NCBI GenBank assembly: GCA_038883795.1
Contig: JAVZLK010000004.1
Coordinates: 1-64,000 of the forward strand
Source: Candidatus Bathyarchaeia archaeon
GTDB taxonomy: Archaea; Thermoproteota; Bathyarchaeia; Bathyarchaeales; Bathycorpusculaceae
DNA: 64,000 nucleotides
Direction: 5' to 3'
Shown here: positions 48,585 to 59,483 of the stretch, one piece after another
Layout: each line of letters starts with the position of its first letter
How positions within the stretch are numbered: the stretch's first letter is position 1
The notes under the pieces: generated by a model
The model's database searches: none
The model's input: only the letters and a program-made list of their open reading frames with translations
What the model was told of the DNA's origin: nothing
Program-made: the position numbers and the translations under genes

Positions 48585-49562
48585 ATGTACGAACCCATTA
48601 CTGCGCTTAAAGAAGTTGATGGTGTAGAAATAATAAGTTTGATGGACAACTCCCTAGATTTCCTATCCACGATAGAAAAGGCTGAGGTTCGACAAGTTCG
48701 CGATTGGATAAGAGAAAGAAAAGGAGAAAAATGGGTGAGAGCACATTTTCGCTTACCCATAGCCGAGCATGGACTTTCTTTTTTGATTCGCATCTTCCAG
48801 GGCAGAAACGTTCACACACTACTGTTTGACACAGGCAGAAGCCCAGAAGGTGTTATAACTAATGCTGAACGAATTGGTATAGACCTTTCTGAAATAGAAG
48901 CCATAGTGATATCTCATGGTCACGATGACCATTTCGGCGGGTTGCTGACGGTTTTAAAGGCAGCTAAAAAGAGAGATTTGCCCATTATAGTGCATGACGA
49001 CATGTTCAAAACTAGGGGAACAGCCCAAAAAGATGGAACGATTAGGAAAGATACGCCCTTTCCATCAGAGGATATGGCGAAGCCAGCTAGATACGTTAAA
49101 ACTAAAAAGCCTTACCTTATTGCTGATGGTGCTGTGCTTGTCACGGGCGAAATCCCATCTGAAACGGATTTTGAGAAAGGTTTACAACGATATAAGATTT
49201 TAATTGATGGAGAGTGGAAGCCTTATCCATGGATGTGGGATGACAGGGCAATTGCCATAAACATTAAACGGAAAGGGCTTGTAGTGCTATCTGGATGTGC
49301 TCATGCTGGCATAATAAACACGATAAAACATGTGCAGCGTATAACTGGAGTTGAAAGAGTTCATGCGGTTATGGGAGGATTCCACTTAGCTGGGAAAGAA
49401 TATGAGCCAAGAATAAACCAAACAGTTGAGAACCTAAAAAACATAAAGCCATATTTGATTGCGCCATCCCACTGCACGGGTTGGAGAGGAATCTACGCCA
49501 TAGCCCAAGCCATGCCAGAAGCCTTCGTCTGGAACAGTGTTGGAAACCTATACAAATTTTAA
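48585..49562 (+). CDS. MBL-fold metallo-hydrolase
   Basis: AEHGLS, LFDTG, SHGHDDHFGG, GCAHAG, GGFHL, HCTG; ATG 48585 (track start 48447). Confidence 0.9.
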   Translation: MYEPITALKEVDGVEIISLMDNSLDFLSTIEKAEVRQVRDWIRERKGEKWVRAHFRLPIAEHGLSFLIRIFQGRNVHTLLFDTGRSPEGVITNAERIGIDLSEIEAIVISHGHDDHFGGLLTVLKAAKKRDLPIIVHDDMFKTRGTAQKDGTIRKDTPFPSEDMAKPARYVKTKKPYLIADGAVLVTGEIPSETDFEKGLQRYKILIDGEWKPYPWMWDDRAIAINIKRKGLVVLSGCAHAGIINTIKHVQRITGVERVHAVMGGFHLAGKEYEPRINQTVENLKNIKPYLIAPSHCTGWRGIYAIAQAMPEAFVWNSVGNLYKF

Positions 49563-49653
49563 AGACAAGTTTTATAAGAGACAATGCCGTGAAATAGCTG
49601 CATTGTGCAAACCTGTTTTTGCACAATAAAAAGTTAAGGAGATGAAAGAGTAT

Positions 49654-49794
49654 ATGTCAGGAAGAGAAATGCATAAGGCAGTTTGTGCTGATTGTGGAAA
49701 GGAATGCGAAGTCCCCTTCGAGCCTGACCCAAATAGGCCAGTTTACTGCCGAGAATGCTGGTCAAAAAGAAGAAATCAAAGAAGGAGATATTAG
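49654..49794 (+). CDS. CxxC-x17-CxxC small Zn-binding protein (46 aa)
   Basis: MSGREMHKAVCADCGKECEVPFEPDPNRPVYCRECWSKRRNQRRRY; below the ORF-track cutoff. Confidence 0.9.
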   Translation: MSGREMHKAVCADCGKECEVPFEPDPNRPVYCRECWSKRRNQRRRY

Positions 49795-49936
49795 TCCTAG
49801 ACTAAAATACTCTTCTTATTAACCATAATTTTCTAAATTTCTAGCTTTTTCCATGTAAGTTTTCAAATTAAACTCTGCGTTTGCTTGCATAACTTTTAAA
49901 AATAACTCATCAATTGTTAAGCTGGGTGCCACAAAA

Positions 49937-50668
49937 TTGAGTTTTGCAGTTGAAGCAAGGGACGTCGTTAAAGTCTTCGGCGCTATCCACGCACTGGATG
50001 GATTAACATTCCAAGTTAGACAAGGAGAAATTTTCGGTCTTATAGGTCCAAACGGGGCTGGAAAAACCACAGCCCTCCGCATAGTTTCAACTCTATTATT
50101 GCCAACCTCTGGCACAGTTAAAGTTTTCAACTTAGACGTTGTTAACCAAGCAGATGAAGTTCGCAAGATAATAACCTATCTTCCAGAAGAGGCTGGAGCC
50201 TACCGATATCTCTCAGGTTGGGAGTATCTGGAGTTTATGGCGAAATTCAACGCCAAAGACAAGGATGACGCTAGCGCAATGGTTAATGAAGCGGCTCAAA
50301 TATCTGGTTTGGGCGAGCGCCTTAAAGACAAGACTAAAACCTATAGTAAGGGGATGAAACGTCGGCTTTTAGTAGCAAGGGCGCTTATGCTTAAGCCTAA
50401 ACTAGCAATTTTAGATGAACCCACAAGCGGTTTAGACGTTATCCACTCCTACCATGTTAGAGAAATAATAAGAAATTATGTTAGGAAACACGGCGTAACA
50501 GTGCTTCTTTCAAGCCACAACATGCTGGAAGTGGAACACCTATGCGACAGAGTAGCCCTAATCAACAAGGGCAAACTCGTGGCCGAAGGAACCTCCCAAG
50601 AGCTTAAGGAACAGTTCGGATGCATAAATTTGGAAGAGGTTTTCGCAAAGGTGGTTAAAATTGCTTAA
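49937..50668 (+). CDS. ABC transporter ATP-binding protein (NatA/DrrA-like)
   Basis: GPNGAGKTT, YSKGM, ILDEPT, SSH. Confidence 0.95.
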   Translation: MSFAVEARDVVKVFGAIHALDGLTFQVRQGEIFGLIGPNGAGKTTALRIVSTLLLPTSGTVKVFNLDVVNQADEVRKIITYLPEEAGAYRYLSGWEYLEFMAKFNAKDKDDASAMVNEAAQISGLGERLKDKTKTYSKGMKRRLLVARALMLKPKLAILDEPTSGLDVIHSYHVREIIRNYVRKHGVTVLLSSHNMLEVEHLCDRVALINKGKLVAEGTSQELKEQFGCINLEEVFAKVVKIA

Positions 50669-51956
50669 AGGTTTTGGCAACTTCCTCCTAAAAGAGCTTA
50701 AAGAGCTTATTAGAGACCCTAAAGTTCTCTTAGGAATGATTGTTATACCGCTTATCATGTTCCCAGTCATGGGTGGAATAATGAGTTACGCCGTACAAAC
50801 AGCACAGGAACAGGCTATAAAAGCTTCGTTGATAGTTGTGGACAACGACTGTGGAAACTGGTCCCACACTTTTATTGACTTCCTAAAAGGCTTGAATGTC
50901 ACAGTTTATATTGAAAATAACATAAAATTAGATAACGAAAAGGTTCTAGAGCTGTTGTCGAGATACAATACGACACAGATTCTGGAAATTCCCGGAGGGT
51001 TTAGCGAAAATGCAACCATCCACTTTAGCAATCCAACCGTAAAAGCTTCCCTAAGGTTTTACGGCATCCTTCTCGGAACAAGCGTTTTTGAAAGTGTCGG
51101 CTCATCCATTGTTGACTTTTTGGTAGGCCAGTTTAACCGTGCTATAGCTCCGGACGTTTTATACTCTGAAAAGGCGACGGTGATTAAGGGTGAGATTAAG
51201 TATGGTGTTGACCCAGCCGCAGTTTCTGGGATTTTGATGTCGCAGTCTATAGTTTTGCCAGTCACAGTAATTATTCTGTTTATGTCTGCTGTTCAGATTG
51301 CTGCCACTTCAGTGGCTATGGAAAAAGAGGAGAAAACCCTTGAAACGCTTCTGACGCTGCCCATGGATCGTCTTGTGATTCTCTGGGGGAAGCTTTCCAG
51401 CTCTATCATTGTTGCGGCCATCGGTGCCGTGGCTTTTATGGTTGGTTACAGTTATATGATGGGCTCTGTTATGGCTAGAATTCCAGAGGGCTTAAACTTG
51501 GATTTGGCTGCTTTGGGGTTGATGCCATCGGTTTTTGGTTATCTACTTTCGGGTTTATCGCTTTTCGTTACGATGCTTTTAGCTTTGGCTTTGGCTGTCA
51601 TAATGTCTGCTTTTGCCGAAGACGTTAGAAGTGCCCAGTCCTTTGTCAGCTACATTTACCCTCTGGTTTTCATTCCATCCATCGCTCTAATGTACTTGGA
51701 CATTAACACTTTGCCTCTCGCTTTAAAATTGGTTTTATTTGCCATTCCCTTTAGTCATCCCGTCATAGCATCAAAAGCCGTTATAATGGGCGACTACTGG
51801 ATAGTCGTTTTCGGCATAGTTTATGTCTCAGTCTTCACGCTGATCATCATGTATGCAGCTTCAAGACTATTTGCAACTGAGAAAATCTTAACAGCAAAAC
51901 TAAAGTTTAAGGGGTTAAGAAAACGCAGACAAGTAACAGCTGAAGAGTTGGCGTAA
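50661..51956 (+). CDS. ABC-2 type permease (NatB-like)
   Basis: KELKELIRD, EKEEKTLETLLTLP; six TM helices. Confidence 0.93.
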   Translation: MLKGFGNFLLKELKELIRDPKVLLGMIVIPLIMFPVMGGIMSYAVQTAQEQAIKASLIVVDNDCGNWSHTFIDFLKGLNVTVYIENNIKLDNEKVLELLSRYNTTQILEIPGGFSENATIHFSNPTVKASLRFYGILLGTSVFESVGSSIVDFLVGQFNRAIAPDVLYSEKATVIKGEIKYGVDPAAVSGILMSQSIVLPVTVIILFMSAVQIAATSVAMEKEEKTLETLLTLPMDRLVILWGKLSSSIIVAAIGAVAFMVGYSYMMGSVMARIPEGLNLDLAALGLMPSVFGYLLSGLSLFVTMLLALALAVIMSAFAEDVRSAQSFVSYIYPLVFIPSIALMYLDINTLPLALKLVLFAIPFSHPVIASKAVIMGDYWIVVFGIVYVSVFTLIIMYAASRLFATEKILTAKLKFKGLRKRRQVTAEELA

Positions 51957-51992
51957 AGTTTTTCCATTAAAACCACATTACTCTGCAGTTAG

Positions 51993-53105
51993 ATGTTTAA
52001 AATGGGCATACAACAAATTGAAGTTTTCCCTGTAACCCTACGCTATAAAGAACCCTTTAGGATTGCTCCAGAAGCCCACACAGAAAGCCACAATGTCATC
52101 GTAAAAATAGTTACTGATTACGGCGTAATAGGTTGGGGTGAGTCTTCACCATCAGAAAGGGTAACTGGCAAAACTTCAGAAACCGTCCTTAACGCTATTG
52201 ATAAAATTGCGCCGAAACTTATTGGAATGTGCCCCTTAAGGATTGAGCAAACAGTTGAAGTTATGGACTCGATTGTAAAGGATAATCCAGCCGCAAAAGC
52301 AGCCATAGACATAGCTTTACATGACATTTTAGGAAAAACAGCCCGCAAACCCCTTTTCATGCTGATGGGTGGATACCGCACAGAAGTGTTAACTGACATT
52401 ACTTTAGGAATTAAGTCTCCAAAGGAAATGGCTAAAGACGCCAGAAAAGCCGTTAAGAGAGGTTTTAAAGCCTTAAAAGTGAAGGTTGGCATAAACCCAA
52501 CAGAGGACGTTGAACGCTTAAGGCTTATCCGCGAGGCGGCTGGCGAAGAAGTTCAAATAAGAATTGATGCAAACCAAGGCTGGACACCAAAGCAAGCTAT
52601 AGAAGCCCTAAACAAAATGGAAAAATTCAACATCCAATTCGCCGAACAACCAGTCCCAGCAGAAAACATGAAAGGCCTAATAGAAGTAAAACGGAACTCG
52701 CCAATACCCATAATGGCGGATGAAAGCGTCCACTCTCCAGAAGATGCCATACGCCTAATACAAGCCGGAGCCGTAGACCTAATAAATATTAAGCTAATGA
52801 AAAGTGGAGGAATACTCAAAGGGAGAAAAATAGCTGAAATCGCCGAAGCCGCTGGCATACCGTGCATGATAGGATGCATGGGAGAATCCGAAATAGGCAT
52901 AGCTGCAGGAGCCCATTTGGCTGCCGCAGTAAAAAACATACAATACGCAGACTTAGACTCAGACATTCTTTTAAGAGATAAACTTGTCAAAAAGGGTGGA
53001 ACAAAAGTCAAAAATTCCATGCGAACATTTCCAAAACAAAATGGTTTAGGCATAAAAGAGTTGGACGAAAGCTTGTTAGGAAAGCCCAAAAAGATTTACA
53101 AATAA
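51993..53105 (+). CDS. Dipeptide epimerase (L-Ala-D/L-Glu epimerase, enolase superfamily)
   Basis: KVKVG, DANQGW, EQP, DES, NIKLMKSGG, DLD. Confidence 0.9.
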   Translation: MFKMGIQQIEVFPVTLRYKEPFRIAPEAHTESHNVIVKIVTDYGVIGWGESSPSERVTGKTSETVLNAIDKIAPKLIGMCPLRIEQTVEVMDSIVKDNPAAKAAIDIALHDILGKTARKPLFMLMGGYRTEVLTDITLGIKSPKEMAKDARKAVKRGFKALKVKVGINPTEDVERLRLIREAAGEEVQIRIDANQGWTPKQAIEALNKMEKFNIQFAEQPVPAENMKGLIEVKRNSPIPIMADESVHSPEDAIRLIQAGAVDLINIKLMKSGGILKGRKIAEIAEAAGIPCMIGCMGESEIGIAAGAHLAAAVKNIQYADLDSDILLRDKLVKKGGTKVKNSMRTFPKQNGLGIKELDESLLGKPKKIYK

Positions 53106-53141
53106 CTAATTTTTACTAAAATTAAAGGAGTAAATAACAAA

Positions 53142-54131
53142 TTGGTTTCTCTTAGGGCTTTAGCCCCTTCATTAACACGTATCACTATTGCTGCTGCAGT
53201 TGGAGCGGCATTACATATAGGACAAGGCAGCCCAGACTTGATAGATGCAAAGGCTGTGGAATTTTCAAGGGCTGTCCTCGCTCAAACAGACGTTGAAGGC
53301 GAAGTCATATCATGCGAAGGTCCAAAAGACAATGCCCCAGCTTTTATGAAAAGAGAAAGAGTTGGAACTCGAAAAGGTCCTAAAGTGGAGTTTGTCATAG
53401 ACCCTGTGGACGGAAGCACAGCCGCATCGAAAGGCAGAAAAGACGCCATCTCTGCCCTTGCTTGTGCACCCGCTGGCTGCTTTCAAGTTCTTCCAGACGA
53501 CGGATACTATTTCAAAGTGGCAACCGATTATCGCTCTATTGGCAAAATCTCCCTTGACATGTCCATCGAAGAGATAGTGCGCACAGTCGCCAACGAAAAG
53601 AGTTTGCCCCTTGAAAACTTCACAGTTATAATGTTGGAACGAGAAAGACATTTGGAAATTCTTAAAACTCTTAGAAAATTGGGTGTGAGAATAATTTTGA
53701 TTCCAGACGGGGACATAGCAGCAGCCGTGGCCACATGCATCCCAAGCTCAGGCGTCGACCTCCTATTAGGTGCGGGTGCTGGACCAGAAGCAACCATAGC
53801 AGCAACAGCCGTAAAATGCCTAGGCGGAACGATGCTCGTAAAAGTTTGGCAAGACAAAAGAGACGACCCAAAAAGGCTGGAAAGACTAGAAAAGGAAGGC
53901 GTTGACGCAGAAAAAGTTTACAATCAAGATGAGTTGGCAAAGGGCAACGAACTGGTTTTTGCCGCCTCAGGCGTAACAAAAGGCGAACTTTTAGACGGCG
54001 TCCGCTTCATCCCAAACGGAGCCATAGTGAACTCCATCTGCATGAGACTACCAAGCGGAACGGTGGAAAAATCAGAAACAACATTGCGATTTAAAGCCCA
54101 CCCCATATACAAACACTTCATAATAAAATAA
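53142..54131 (+). CDS. glpX: Fructose-1,6-bisphosphatase class II (GlpX-like), divergent
   Basis: EGPKDNAP, DPVDGST, ERERH, DGDIAAA, GAGPE, SGVTKGELLDGV. Confidence 0.85.
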   Translation: MVSLRALAPSLTRITIAAAVGAALHIGQGSPDLIDAKAVEFSRAVLAQTDVEGEVISCEGPKDNAPAFMKRERVGTRKGPKVEFVIDPVDGSTAASKGRKDAISALACAPAGCFQVLPDDGYYFKVATDYRSIGKISLDMSIEEIVRTVANEKSLPLENFTVIMLERERHLEILKTLRKLGVRIILIPDGDIAAAVATCIPSSGVDLLLGAGAGPEATIAATAVKCLGGTMLVKVWQDKRDDPKRLERLEKEGVDAEKVYNQDELAKGNELVFAASGVTKGELLDGVRFIPNGAIVNSICMRLPSGTVEKSETTLRFKAHPIYKHFIIK

Positions 54132-54207
54132 CTGTCAAAAGCATGTGCATACAAAACTACGAGATTAATTTTGTATTTTAACCAAAAAGGGAGAATAGTT
54201 ATAATAA

Positions 54208-54432
54208 TTATGGTTGACGCCTGTGATTTTTCTTTGTTAACATTGCAAGTAAAATTATAATGACTTGTATAAACGACATCATAGCGGGGGTGAATTCGGG
54301 AATAATTATATTACTGAATAAATATGCAATGTAAGTTGGGTCATGTTGAATCTCTAACCCATCCCAAACAGGATAACAGATTCTGTAAAGTAATGCTGAA
54401 GCGTTGCAGTCTAACTCAGTTTTCCGCCAATG
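54208..54432 (-). pseudogene. C-terminal remnant of a PEF-CTERM surface protein
   Basis: Manual translation: ..LLYRICYPVWDGLEIQHDPTYIAYLFSNIIIPEFTPAMMSFIQVIIILLAMLTKKNHRRQP*; in-frame stop just upstream; 5' part missing. Confidence 0.65.
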
Positions 54433-54568
54433 TCACCCATGGAGGGAAACAAGGCGCTAATGTTTAAGTTATTCTCACCAGAAGAGCCAGCGCGCAATAG
54501 GATTAAAATTTATCTTAAAAAGGTATAAGCTAAACTTCCAGCATCCTATACTTATACAAAAATTTAAG

Positions 54569-54643
54569 TGGGCCGGACCGGATTTGAACCGGTGACCTTC
54601 CGCACGTCAAGCGGATGTCCTAACCGAGCTAGACTACCGGCCC
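54569..54643 (-). tRNA. tRNA-Val(GAC)
   Basis: Reverse complement GGGCCGGTAGTCTAGCTCGGTTAGGACATCCGCTT-GAC-GTGCGGAAGGTCACCGGTTCAAATCCGGTCCGGCCCA. Confidence 0.95.
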
Positions 54644-54755
54644 GCTGGCTTTTGCATTCTTATTTGATAATTTTTCTTTTAAAATAGGTTTTCGGTTTTA
54701 TAGCGAATAAGTAAACATTTTAAGATGGAGCGGATTAGATGAGCATGCCTATTAA

Positions 54756-54843
54756 GCCGGGATGGCGGAGTGGATAACGCGCAGGCCTTGAGAGCCTGTG
54801 GCCCTTTGGGGCCGCGTGGGTTCGAGTCCCACTCCCGGCGCCA
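54756..54843 (+). tRNA. tRNA-Ser(TGA)
   Basis: GCCGGGATGGCGGAGTGGATAACGCGCAGGCCT-TGA-GAGCCTGTGGCCCTTTGGGGCCGCGTGGGTTCGAGTCCCACTCCCGGCGCCA. Confidence 0.95.
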
Positions 54844-54854
54844 AAATATTTGAA

Positions 54855-57103
54855 TTATGTTTGAAATATTGAAGTTGGGCTTTGTTTTCTGTGCTTTTGC
54901 TTTGCGAAAACTATGGTTATTATAGAGAGAACTGGAAACAGTGTTAAGATAATGGCTTTTGGAAACTCGGAGACTATGGTTACTTGGTGGTTTGAATGAG
55001 TATAGTTTATGTATATATATGCGTGTGCCGTGTCTGTCCAGTTTCTGAAGGGCCATGGTTCACCGTTTAAGAGGACTGTGTAGTTGCTTTGCCAAAATTC
55101 TTGGATGATGATGTTTGGAATGATTATTCTGCAGAAGCCATTTGTGGGTTGCAAGCCGCTGACGTTGAAGCTTATTATTTTTTGGTCAGCGTCTATCTGA
55201 AAGTTTGAGAGTGTTGAGTTGCTTATGATGTCAATGGTGTATGGTATTTGGTTCCATGTTCCAGCCTCAAAAACGTTTATTGGTCCCATTAGGGGGTATC
55301 TATCTGTATTGTTCTCGTTGATGCCATAAGGAGAGTCGCTTATCCCGTCGCTTCCAATTTCATCTTGATTGAGCCCACTTTTTTCATCAACGCCTGTGTG
55401 GTCGCTCCAGTAGTTTCCGCCAGAAGGATAGCCGTTATCCCAAGTGTTTGGAGCACCATCGCTGCTGACTTGTTGAGTATTGTTTAGGAAATTGTTATGG
55501 TATATGATGTTGTTTTCCGATTCTTCCAAGCGTATGCCTTCAGTGTTGTTTGCTATGGTGTTTTCATATATGATGTTGTCGTTTGTTTCAGAATATGCAT
55601 AAATTCCATATTCATTGCTTGTTATGTTATTTTGATATACAATGTTTTTTGAGGCGTTGGAAAATTCGATTCCGTATTCGCCGTTTGCCAGGTTGTTTGC
55701 GTATATGAGGTTTTCGGATGAGTCGCTAATGACAATGCAAGTGTAGGATACTGAAATTTTATTTTGGCTGATGATTGCGCTTGAATAATATAGGTCAATT
55801 CCGCAGTCACCGCCTCTAATTTCATTTTTAAATATCGTGCAGTTTGAAGAGTAACCCAGTTCTATGCCAATATTTCCATTTTCTTCTAGTGTATTTTCGC
55901 TGATTGTGTTGTTTAGGGAACTTTTAAGGTAAATGCCACCATGATTTCTTTGAAAACTGTTTTGGGTTATCGTGTTATTTGATAATTTGAGGAGTCGTAT
56001 TCCAACATCGTTGCTTGTTAAATTGTTATTTTGAATTTTCGAATTATTTGTATAAGCTATTAAGATTCCTTCTCTGCTTTTTGTTAGATTTTGCCCTTCA
56101 ATTGTGATGTCTGTTGAGTTTATTAGGGCAAGATAACCAATTTTGGGATGTGTTGAAGCGTTAATGGTTAGGTTTTTTGGTTAATTAAGTAGTAGACTGG
56201 TTTGCCGTCCACAAGATTTGATGTATCAATAGAATGTAGATAATAATCCAGCTCTTCTCCTCCCACACTTAATCCATAACCATTATCATTCAGCAAATTA
56301 TCAGACAAGAAAATGTTTCTGCATTCATAGAGGCTTATTCCATCCGATTCTTGGGCTGTCACATTGTTTTGGTAAATCTTCGTATTATTGCAATTAGAAA
56401 GCTCTATCCCCCTAAAACTCTCAGTTATGTTGTTTCCATAAATTTGGTTATCCGCTGATATATAAAAGGCGATGCAAGCACCAGTTTTTGAAAACGTGTT
56501 TTCGGAAATGGTAGCATTATATGAATAAACAAGATTCATACCACGATTAAGATTGCTCGTAATATTATTTCCAGAAATTGTGTCATTGAAAGAATACCTG
56601 AAACTGAGACCTACACTGCTTTCTGCTATTTGGTTTCCAGAAATTATGGTTTTAGAAGTATTATAGCCTAAAAGACCATAGTCATAGTTATCGAGAATGC
56701 TGTTTTCAAAAATTTTTATGTCGGATGTTGAGCTTAGATTAATGCCAACCCAGAAATCCTTCACGATTACGTTTGCAATTGTAACATTGCTTAAATTTTG
56801 TAAAGAAATTCCAACGGACAAATAGAGTTTTTTGCCTTGGACTGCGAAACCATTTCCGTCAATGATTATGTTGCTTCTTTCCACAACTATCGGGTAATAA
56901 TTCGTGCCATTAAACGTGTAAGTGGTATTATCATATGTGGTAACGTTTGCCTCTGGGGGTTCAATTGCACCATTGGCCCTAATATAAATTGTTCCATTTG
57001 TCGCCTCGGTTGGTTGAATATCGTTTACAATCCTCAACATGCTGACAAATAGCAGCGCCAACATTATCCAAACAATTGCACTACTTTTCAACACATATTC
57101 CAC
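54855..57103 (-). pseudogene. NosD/parallel beta-helix surface protein (~750 aa) with one frameshift in an A6 run
   Basis: Signal peptide plus TIYIRANG and NN.I..N..GI repeats. The frame stops at 56168, but the -1 frame is open from about 56174 to 54855 (checked by hand). C-terminal GNYWSD, DRYPL and SEFP-TM-basic tail. Confidence 0.8.
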
Positions 57104-57129
57104 CTTTTCCCTCTTATGATTTTAAGCCT

Positions 57130-57235
57130 TCAGAATCCGACTAACCAGCCCGTCGCACCTACATAGGAGCGCAAAGCCAATAAGCCAGAAACGAAGGCTA
57201 TATGCCTCAAGAATTCTTCTTAGACGCTTTTAAAA
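57130..57235 (-). promoter_or_regulatory. TATA-like box plus GC-rich structured leader of the beta-helix gene
   Basis: TTTTAAAA at 57228-57235; stems AGCC/GGCT and CGCTCCTA/TAGGTGCG. Confidence 0.4.
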
Positions 57236-57289
57236 TTTATGGATAAAAATTCATGGCATCTATTTCAATAAAAAGGGTTGGTTAGGTGG

Positions 57290-59368
57290 TTATAGGCCTA
57301 AAAGTTTTAGGAGGTTGTAGTTTGCGATTAGCACGGCGAATAGTGAAGCTACTAGGGACATGACTGTTATCATCGTGTTTAGGGATGGTCCTGCTGTGTC
57401 TTTGAATGGGTCGCCTACTGTGTCGCCTACTACTGCTGCTTTGTGGGCTTCTGAGCCTTTTCCGCCGTGTTCTCCTGATTCTATTAGTTTTTTGGCGTTG
57501 TCCCATAGGCCGCCCGCATTAGCCATCAGCAAAGCGAAGAGTAAGCCGCTGAATATCGTTCCAGCCAGGTATCCGCCTAGGGCTTCTATGCCGCCCACAA
57601 AGCCAACAATTAGTGTTACGCTTATGGCTACGAGGCTTGCTGGCATAAGCTCTTTTATGGCGCCCACCGTAGCAATGTCAACGCATCTGGCATAGTCGGG
57701 TTTTACGCCTTCTTTGCCTTCTCTTAACCCTGGAATCTCGTTAAACTGTCGTCTAATTTCTTCAATCATTCGGAAGGCATTTCTGCCCACGCCAAGCATA
57801 ACCATAGCTGAGAATACTGCTGGCATGGCTATGCCTATCAATGCACCTAACAAAACCAGCGGGTTCATGAGGTTGAATGATGGGTTTACACCAGCGCTTT
57901 GGGCTCTTTCTTGGAATGCAGCTAAAAGCGCAATGACGGTAAGTCCTGCTGCGCCTATGGCGAAGCCTTTTGTTATGGCTTTGGCTGTGTTGCCCGCAGC
58001 ATCCATTTCGTCTGTTACTCGTATGACTTCTTCGCTGAGTCCGCCTTGCATGGCTATACCCCTTGAATTGTCAACTATTGGACCGTAAGCGTCATTTGAT
58101 ACTATAAGCCCGACTATTGAAAGCATTCCAACCGCTGCCATTCCAATGCCGTATAGGGCGTATTTGTCGCCTAGGGGTGCGCAAAGGAAATAGGCGATGG
58201 CTGAGGCTACGCCTATTCCGATTAGCGGTGGGAAGACGCTGTGTAAGCCATAAGAGAATCCAGTTATGATGTTTGTGGCGGTTCCTGTTAAGGATGCCTC
58301 AGCTGTTTTCTTGACTGGTGGTTTATCTTCTGACGTGAAATAGTCTGAGGTTGTGCCGATTATTATTCCAGCTATTAAGCCGACAACTGTTGCGCCCCAA
58401 ATTCTCAAATCATAATCCAAATAGTAAGATGCCAAAAAGGTTAAAACCGCAAAGATTATGCATGTGATATATGTGCCCATGTTAAGGGCTCTTCCAGGAT
58501 TGCCATGTTTGCCAACCCTAACTAATAGTGCGCCCAAAACTGCTGCTATAATGCCTAAACCAGCAAAAACCAATGGAATCTGCGTGAATTTTCCAGCCGA
58601 ACCAGCAATTATGTCGATGGCTTCTCCTAGAATCATTACTGCGACTATGCTTGCCACGTAAGAGTCGAAGAGGTCTGCGCCCATTCCAGCCACATCGCCC
58701 ACGTTGTCGCCTACGTTGTCGGCTATTACTGCTGGGTTTCGTGGGTCGTCTTCTGGAATGCCCAACTCCACTTTTCCGACCAAGTCTGCGCTTATGTCAG
58801 CGGTTTTTGTGTATATGCCTCCCCCAGCCTTGGCAAAAAGAGCCAATGAGCTTGCGCCGAAGCTGTAGCCCAAAACTATTTCTGGATTACCAGTGACAGC
58901 GTAAACTATGCTTATTCCAAGTAAACCTGCACCCACAACGGCCAAGCCCATTACTGCTCCGCCTCGGAAGCCTATTGGAAAAGCTTTATTCAATCCTTCC
59001 CTCGCTGCGCTAGCTGCTTTTGTGTTAGCCTTTGTTGCAATGCGCAAACCTAAAACGCCAGCAAGGGCTGAACAGAAAGAACCGAATATGTATGCTAATG
59101 TTAGTTCAACATTTTCTATTGGTTTTTGAGTTTGCCATATGGGTTCTGGCAGAAAAATGCACAATAAAACGGCTACTACGGCTACGAATATTGCTAATAC
59201 GGTATATTCTCTTCTTATAAAAGCGTTGGCTCCCTCCTCTATTGCAGCGGCAATTTCTTGCATCCGTTTTGTGCCGCTGTCCTGTCTTTTCACATAGTAA
59301 TAGAAGTATGCGCCAACCATAATGGATATCAAAGCTGAAATTGGAGCTATTATCCATGGCTCAAACAT
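57290..59368 (-). CDS. hppA: Membrane-bound ion-translocating pyrophosphatase (K+-independent signature)
   Basis: GGGIYTKTAD, DLVGKVE, EDDPRN, DNVGDNVGD, GNTAKA, GDTVGDPFKD. Confidence 0.95.
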   Translation of the reverse strand: MFEPWIIAPISALISIMVGAYFYYYVKRQDSGTKRMQEIAAAIEEGANAFIRREYTVLAIFVAVVAVLLCIFLPEPIWQTQKPIENVELTLAYIFGSFCSALAGVLGLRIATKANTKAASAAREGLNKAFPIGFRGGAVMGLAVVGAGLLGISIVYAVTGNPEIVLGYSFGASSLALFAKAGGGIYTKTADISADLVGKVELGIPEDDPRNPAVIADNVGDNVGDVAGMGADLFDSYVASIVAVMILGEAIDIIAGSAGKFTQIPLVFAGLGIIAAVLGALLVRVGKHGNPGRALNMGTYITCIIFAVLTFLASYYLDYDLRIWGATVVGLIAGIIIGTTSDYFTSEDKPPVKKTAEASLTGTATNIITGFSYGLHSVFPPLIGIGVASAIAYFLCAPLGDKYALYGIGMAAVGMLSIVGLIVSNDAYGPIVDNSRGIAMQGGLSEEVIRVTDEMDAAGNTAKAITKGFAIGAAGLTVIALLAAFQERAQSAGVNPSFNLMNPLVLLGALIGIAMPAVFSAMVMLGVGRNAFRMIEEIRRQFNEIPGLREGKEGVKPDYARCVDIATVGAIKELMPASLVAISVTLIVGFVGGIEALGGYLAGTIFSGLLFALLMANAGGLWDNAKKLIESGEHGGKGSEAHKAAVVGDTVGDPFKDTAGPSLNTMITVMSLVASLFAVLIANYNLLKLLGL

Positions 59369-59483
59369 CCTTTCACCTCAACGGAATCTTTCTATTTATT
59401 TTAAATACCTTTAGAGTGAAGTACAAAATTGCTTATAAACTTATTTCCCAAACATGTGTCCTTTTTAGAAAAGATTATATCTA

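Noticed and set aside
54280-54460. Possible structured ncRNA in the gap between glpX and tRNA-Val
   Set aside because: The minus strand translates to a recognisable PEF-CTERM protein tail, so a gene remnant explains it.
56168-56180. Programmed -1 ribosomal frameshift
   Set aside because: The zero-frame codons CAA AAA ACC do not form an X XXY YYZ heptamer, and no stimulatory structure is evident.
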